From NCBI GenBank assembly GCA_011109175.1, contig RDEW01000004.1, forward strand, positions 1,176,410 through 1,240,409: 64,000 bases of DNA, in the 5' to 3' direction. Under the pieces are notes generated by a model that had not been told where the DNA came from, did no database searches, and worked only from the letters and a program-made list of their open reading frames with translations. Both the position numbers and the translations under genes were made by a program. This document shows, piece after piece, positions 62,950-64,000 of this stretch (its first letter is position 1; each line of letters opens with the position of its first letter). The DNA comes from Dicyema japonicum (lineage: Eukaryota > Animalia > Dicyemida).

Positions 62950-63957
62950 ATGATTTATCGACTCCGATTCTTTGCCGCGAAAATGAACAGTCCTATGATG
63001 GCCTTAAACAGGTAACCAGTGAAGTATCAAAAGGCCACTTTCTGACTTTTCAAAATTCAAAATTGGGTTTATCGGCTGTGGAAATATGGCCAAAGCAATC
63101 ATTGATGGAATGCTTAAAACCGGTCTGAGAAATTATCAATTTTAGAAAAGATAACTCAAGATCAGTTAAAAATTACCGAAAAAAATGAATTTGAATACAA
63201 AATTAAAGTAATTTTATATCCGTTTTAAGGACTTGGGACTCACCCCGTACTCATTAGGCGAAGTGCTCGAAACTGATGTTATTTTTCTATGCGTGAAACC
63301 GAAAGATTTGAAAAATGTTTTGCCGAAAATCAGCAACTCCCTTGTTGTCTCAATGGCTGCTTCGACTTCAATTGAGAAGCTCGAATCTGTCGTTATTTCG
63401 TTGAATAATCTCAGATGATTCAAGAAACGTCGCGTGTTATAAGAATTATGCCAAATATCGCAAGCGCTGTGAATTCAGGGATCACTGCAATATCAGTGGG
63501 AGAAAAATCAACTAAGGAAGATTTAGAAGTTGTTAAAGTTAAATTTTGTTTCAAGTTTAAGAAACTCGTGGAGACTTTTGGAGTCAGCGCTATTCTCTCT
63601 GATGATCTTTTAGATTATTTTGTCGGAATTTCTGGCTCAGCAATAGCATTTGTAATTAAAAGTAATTTAGTCAGTTCTTCATGGCTATTGAGGCATTGGC
63701 CGACGGGGGAGTAGCGTTAGGATTTCAGCGTGAATTTGCCATAAATGGTGGAGCTTCTGCTATGCTGGTTTGTTGGTATTAGAAATTTTAAGGGAGCAGC
63801 AAAAATGATATTAGATCAAAAAAGACATCCAGCAGAACTGAAAGACTCAGTTGCCTCACCAGGAGGAAGCACTATGGCTGGAATATGTGCCTTGGAGGAA
63901 AATAAGTTTAGAAACGCAATAATTAAAGCTGTTATAGCTTCAGCTCGACATAAATGA
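62950..63957 (+). CDS. PYCR: Pyrroline-5-carboxylate reductase, 8 exons
   Basis: IGFIGCGNMA (Rossmann fold), IFLCVKP, RIMPN, GISGS, EALADGGVALG and LKDSVASPGGST. Seven GT-AG introns of 22-26 nt. The start codon could be 62950, 62983 or 62995. Confidence 0.9.
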
Positions 63958-64000
63958 CTAAAAGAATTTTATCGATATTTTCATTCCTAATTGCCTTTTT

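Noticed and set aside
280-63423. Many 60-150 aa ORFs in the track that are antisense to LINE RT or to spliced genes (e.g. 7031-7354, 8542-8901, 22640-22996, 44839-45198, 63214-63423)
   Set aside because: They are shadow frames of recognised coding sequence with no independent motifs.
1-64000. Microsporidian or protist origin of the window
   Set aside because: MRTF with RPEL+SAP, a cyclin E-like gene, thioredoxin-NDK and TPGS2, plus high intron density, point to a ciliated animal. Microsporidia lack cilia and are mostly intron-poor.

Overview
This is eukaryotic nuclear DNA (AT-rich), almost certainly from a ciliated animal with extremely short introns. Ten recognisable genes can be spliced by hand: a STE20/GCK-III kinase, DNAJC9, TPGS2, DDX52, MRTF/myocardin-family, coactosin-like, SF3B4, thioredoxin-NDK NME8/9, cyclin E-like and PYCR. 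They contain about 56 introns of only ~19-35 nt. Animal-type genes plus tiny introns fit a dicyemid mesozoan best; this is an inference, not checked against any database. The intergenic DNA is dense with mostly decayed transposons: APE-RT LINEs, RTE, CRE and RLE-type non-LTR elements, tRNA-derived SINEs, and Tigger/pogo, hAT, Merlin and Ginger-like DNA transposons. Main observation: three conserved genes (kinase, SF3B4, NME8) are restored exactly only if a 23-25 nt intron ends in TG rather than AG (GT-TG; about 3 of 56 introns). There is also a fourth tentative GT-TG case and one GC-AG intron, suggesting a spliceosome with routine non-AG 3' splice-site use. About a dozen 50-230 bp tandem duplications, several with single n bases, look like scaffolding artefacts. 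All gene models are manual, with no transcript evidence.
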